This document shows positions 63,316 to 64,000 of a stretch of 64,000 nucleotides of DNA, piece after piece (position 1 is the first letter of the stretch; the number at the start of each line of letters is the position of its first letter). The notes under the pieces are model-generated. The model was given only the letters and a program-made list of their open reading frames with translations, had not been told where the DNA came from and ran no database searches. Both the position numbers and the translations under genes were made by a program. The stretch lies in NCBI RefSeq assembly GCF_963921235.1, contig NC_086101.1, positions 8,186,001 through 8,250,000 of the forward strand, read 5' to 3'. The stretch comes from Mobula hypostoma (taxonomy: Eukaryota).

Positions 63316-64000
63316 CCATGTGTGAATGACCAGAAATGCACCCCGAGTTTTCCTGCTCCACCCTGAACAGCGTTCTCATGTCCCTGCTCTTACATTCTAT
63401 GAGATGTGACCTAACCAGAGTTTTGTAACTTCCTGATCCTTGAACACAATGCCTTAACTAATAAGTTATCCCTTCTGCCAACATAATGTTCATATCCCAT
63501 TAATCTCTGCCCTTTCATGTGCCTAACAAAGAGCCTCTATCATATCTGCCTTCACCACCACCCCGGCATCACACTCCAGGCACTCTGTGAAAATATATCT
63601 GTTGTAATATTAACGCACCCTTCTCTTTTGAGCAAGACCGGCAACTTTTCAAACCACCAGAGGGAACTGCAAAACAATTTTATTTCTCTGTCTCTTTTTC
63701 CTTGTTTTGCCTTCAGTTTTATAAAGTTCCTAAAGAATCACCAAACATAAGAGAACTGAAGCCACATTTACTGTCAATTTCAGCTGCTCTGTCTAATCAG
63801 AAAATAACAGAGTCACTCCGCTTCAAAGCACACGGTCTGCTGTGCACACAAGGGATCCTGCAGATGCGCACACAAAATGCTGGAGGAACTCAGCAGGTCG
63901 GGCAGCATCAATGGAGAGGAAATAACCAGCCAAACTTTCAGGCCAAGTACTTGTTGGTCCGTTGTACTCCAAGTGGAGTTAATGGACAGCACAGTACAGG

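Noticed and set aside
63654..63667. CTCF-like motif CCACCAGAGGGAAC
   Set aside because: A single imperfect match is expected by chance in 64 kb.
46009..64000. Upstream PDZ/C2-type RGS3 exons
   Set aside because: No exon with both splice sites and recognisable homology was found; they probably lie outside the window, if present at all.

Overview
Repeat-dense vertebrate genomic DNA, most likely from a cartilaginous fish (HE1/V-type SINEs, HER1/CR1 LINEs, Rex1-type LINEs and Penelope-like elements dominate; the taxon is inferred from repeat content only). The one identifiable host gene is an RGS3-like regulator of G-protein signalling on the minus strand. It has six coding exons (46008-45451, 37168-37089, 36279-36211, 35226-35165, 23717-23551, 19435-19250), all GT-AG with matching phases, encoding 373 aa ending in an R4-type RGS box. 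Upstream exons were not found. Most of the rest is nested transposon debris, including an internally deleted hAT transposon with an 8-bp TSD. The most notable non-gene signal is a set of minimal type-I hammerhead ribozyme motifs in Penelope terminal repeats, one pair forming a near-perfect 116-bp-arm palindrome. Also notable are a ~680-bp non-autonomous retroelement family with a YY1-like 5' end and a Rex1-like tail, and several locally templated insertions. No CRISPR arrays, rRNA, tRNA genes or prokaryotic systems are supported. Most long ORFs in the track are low-complexity or antisense artefacts.
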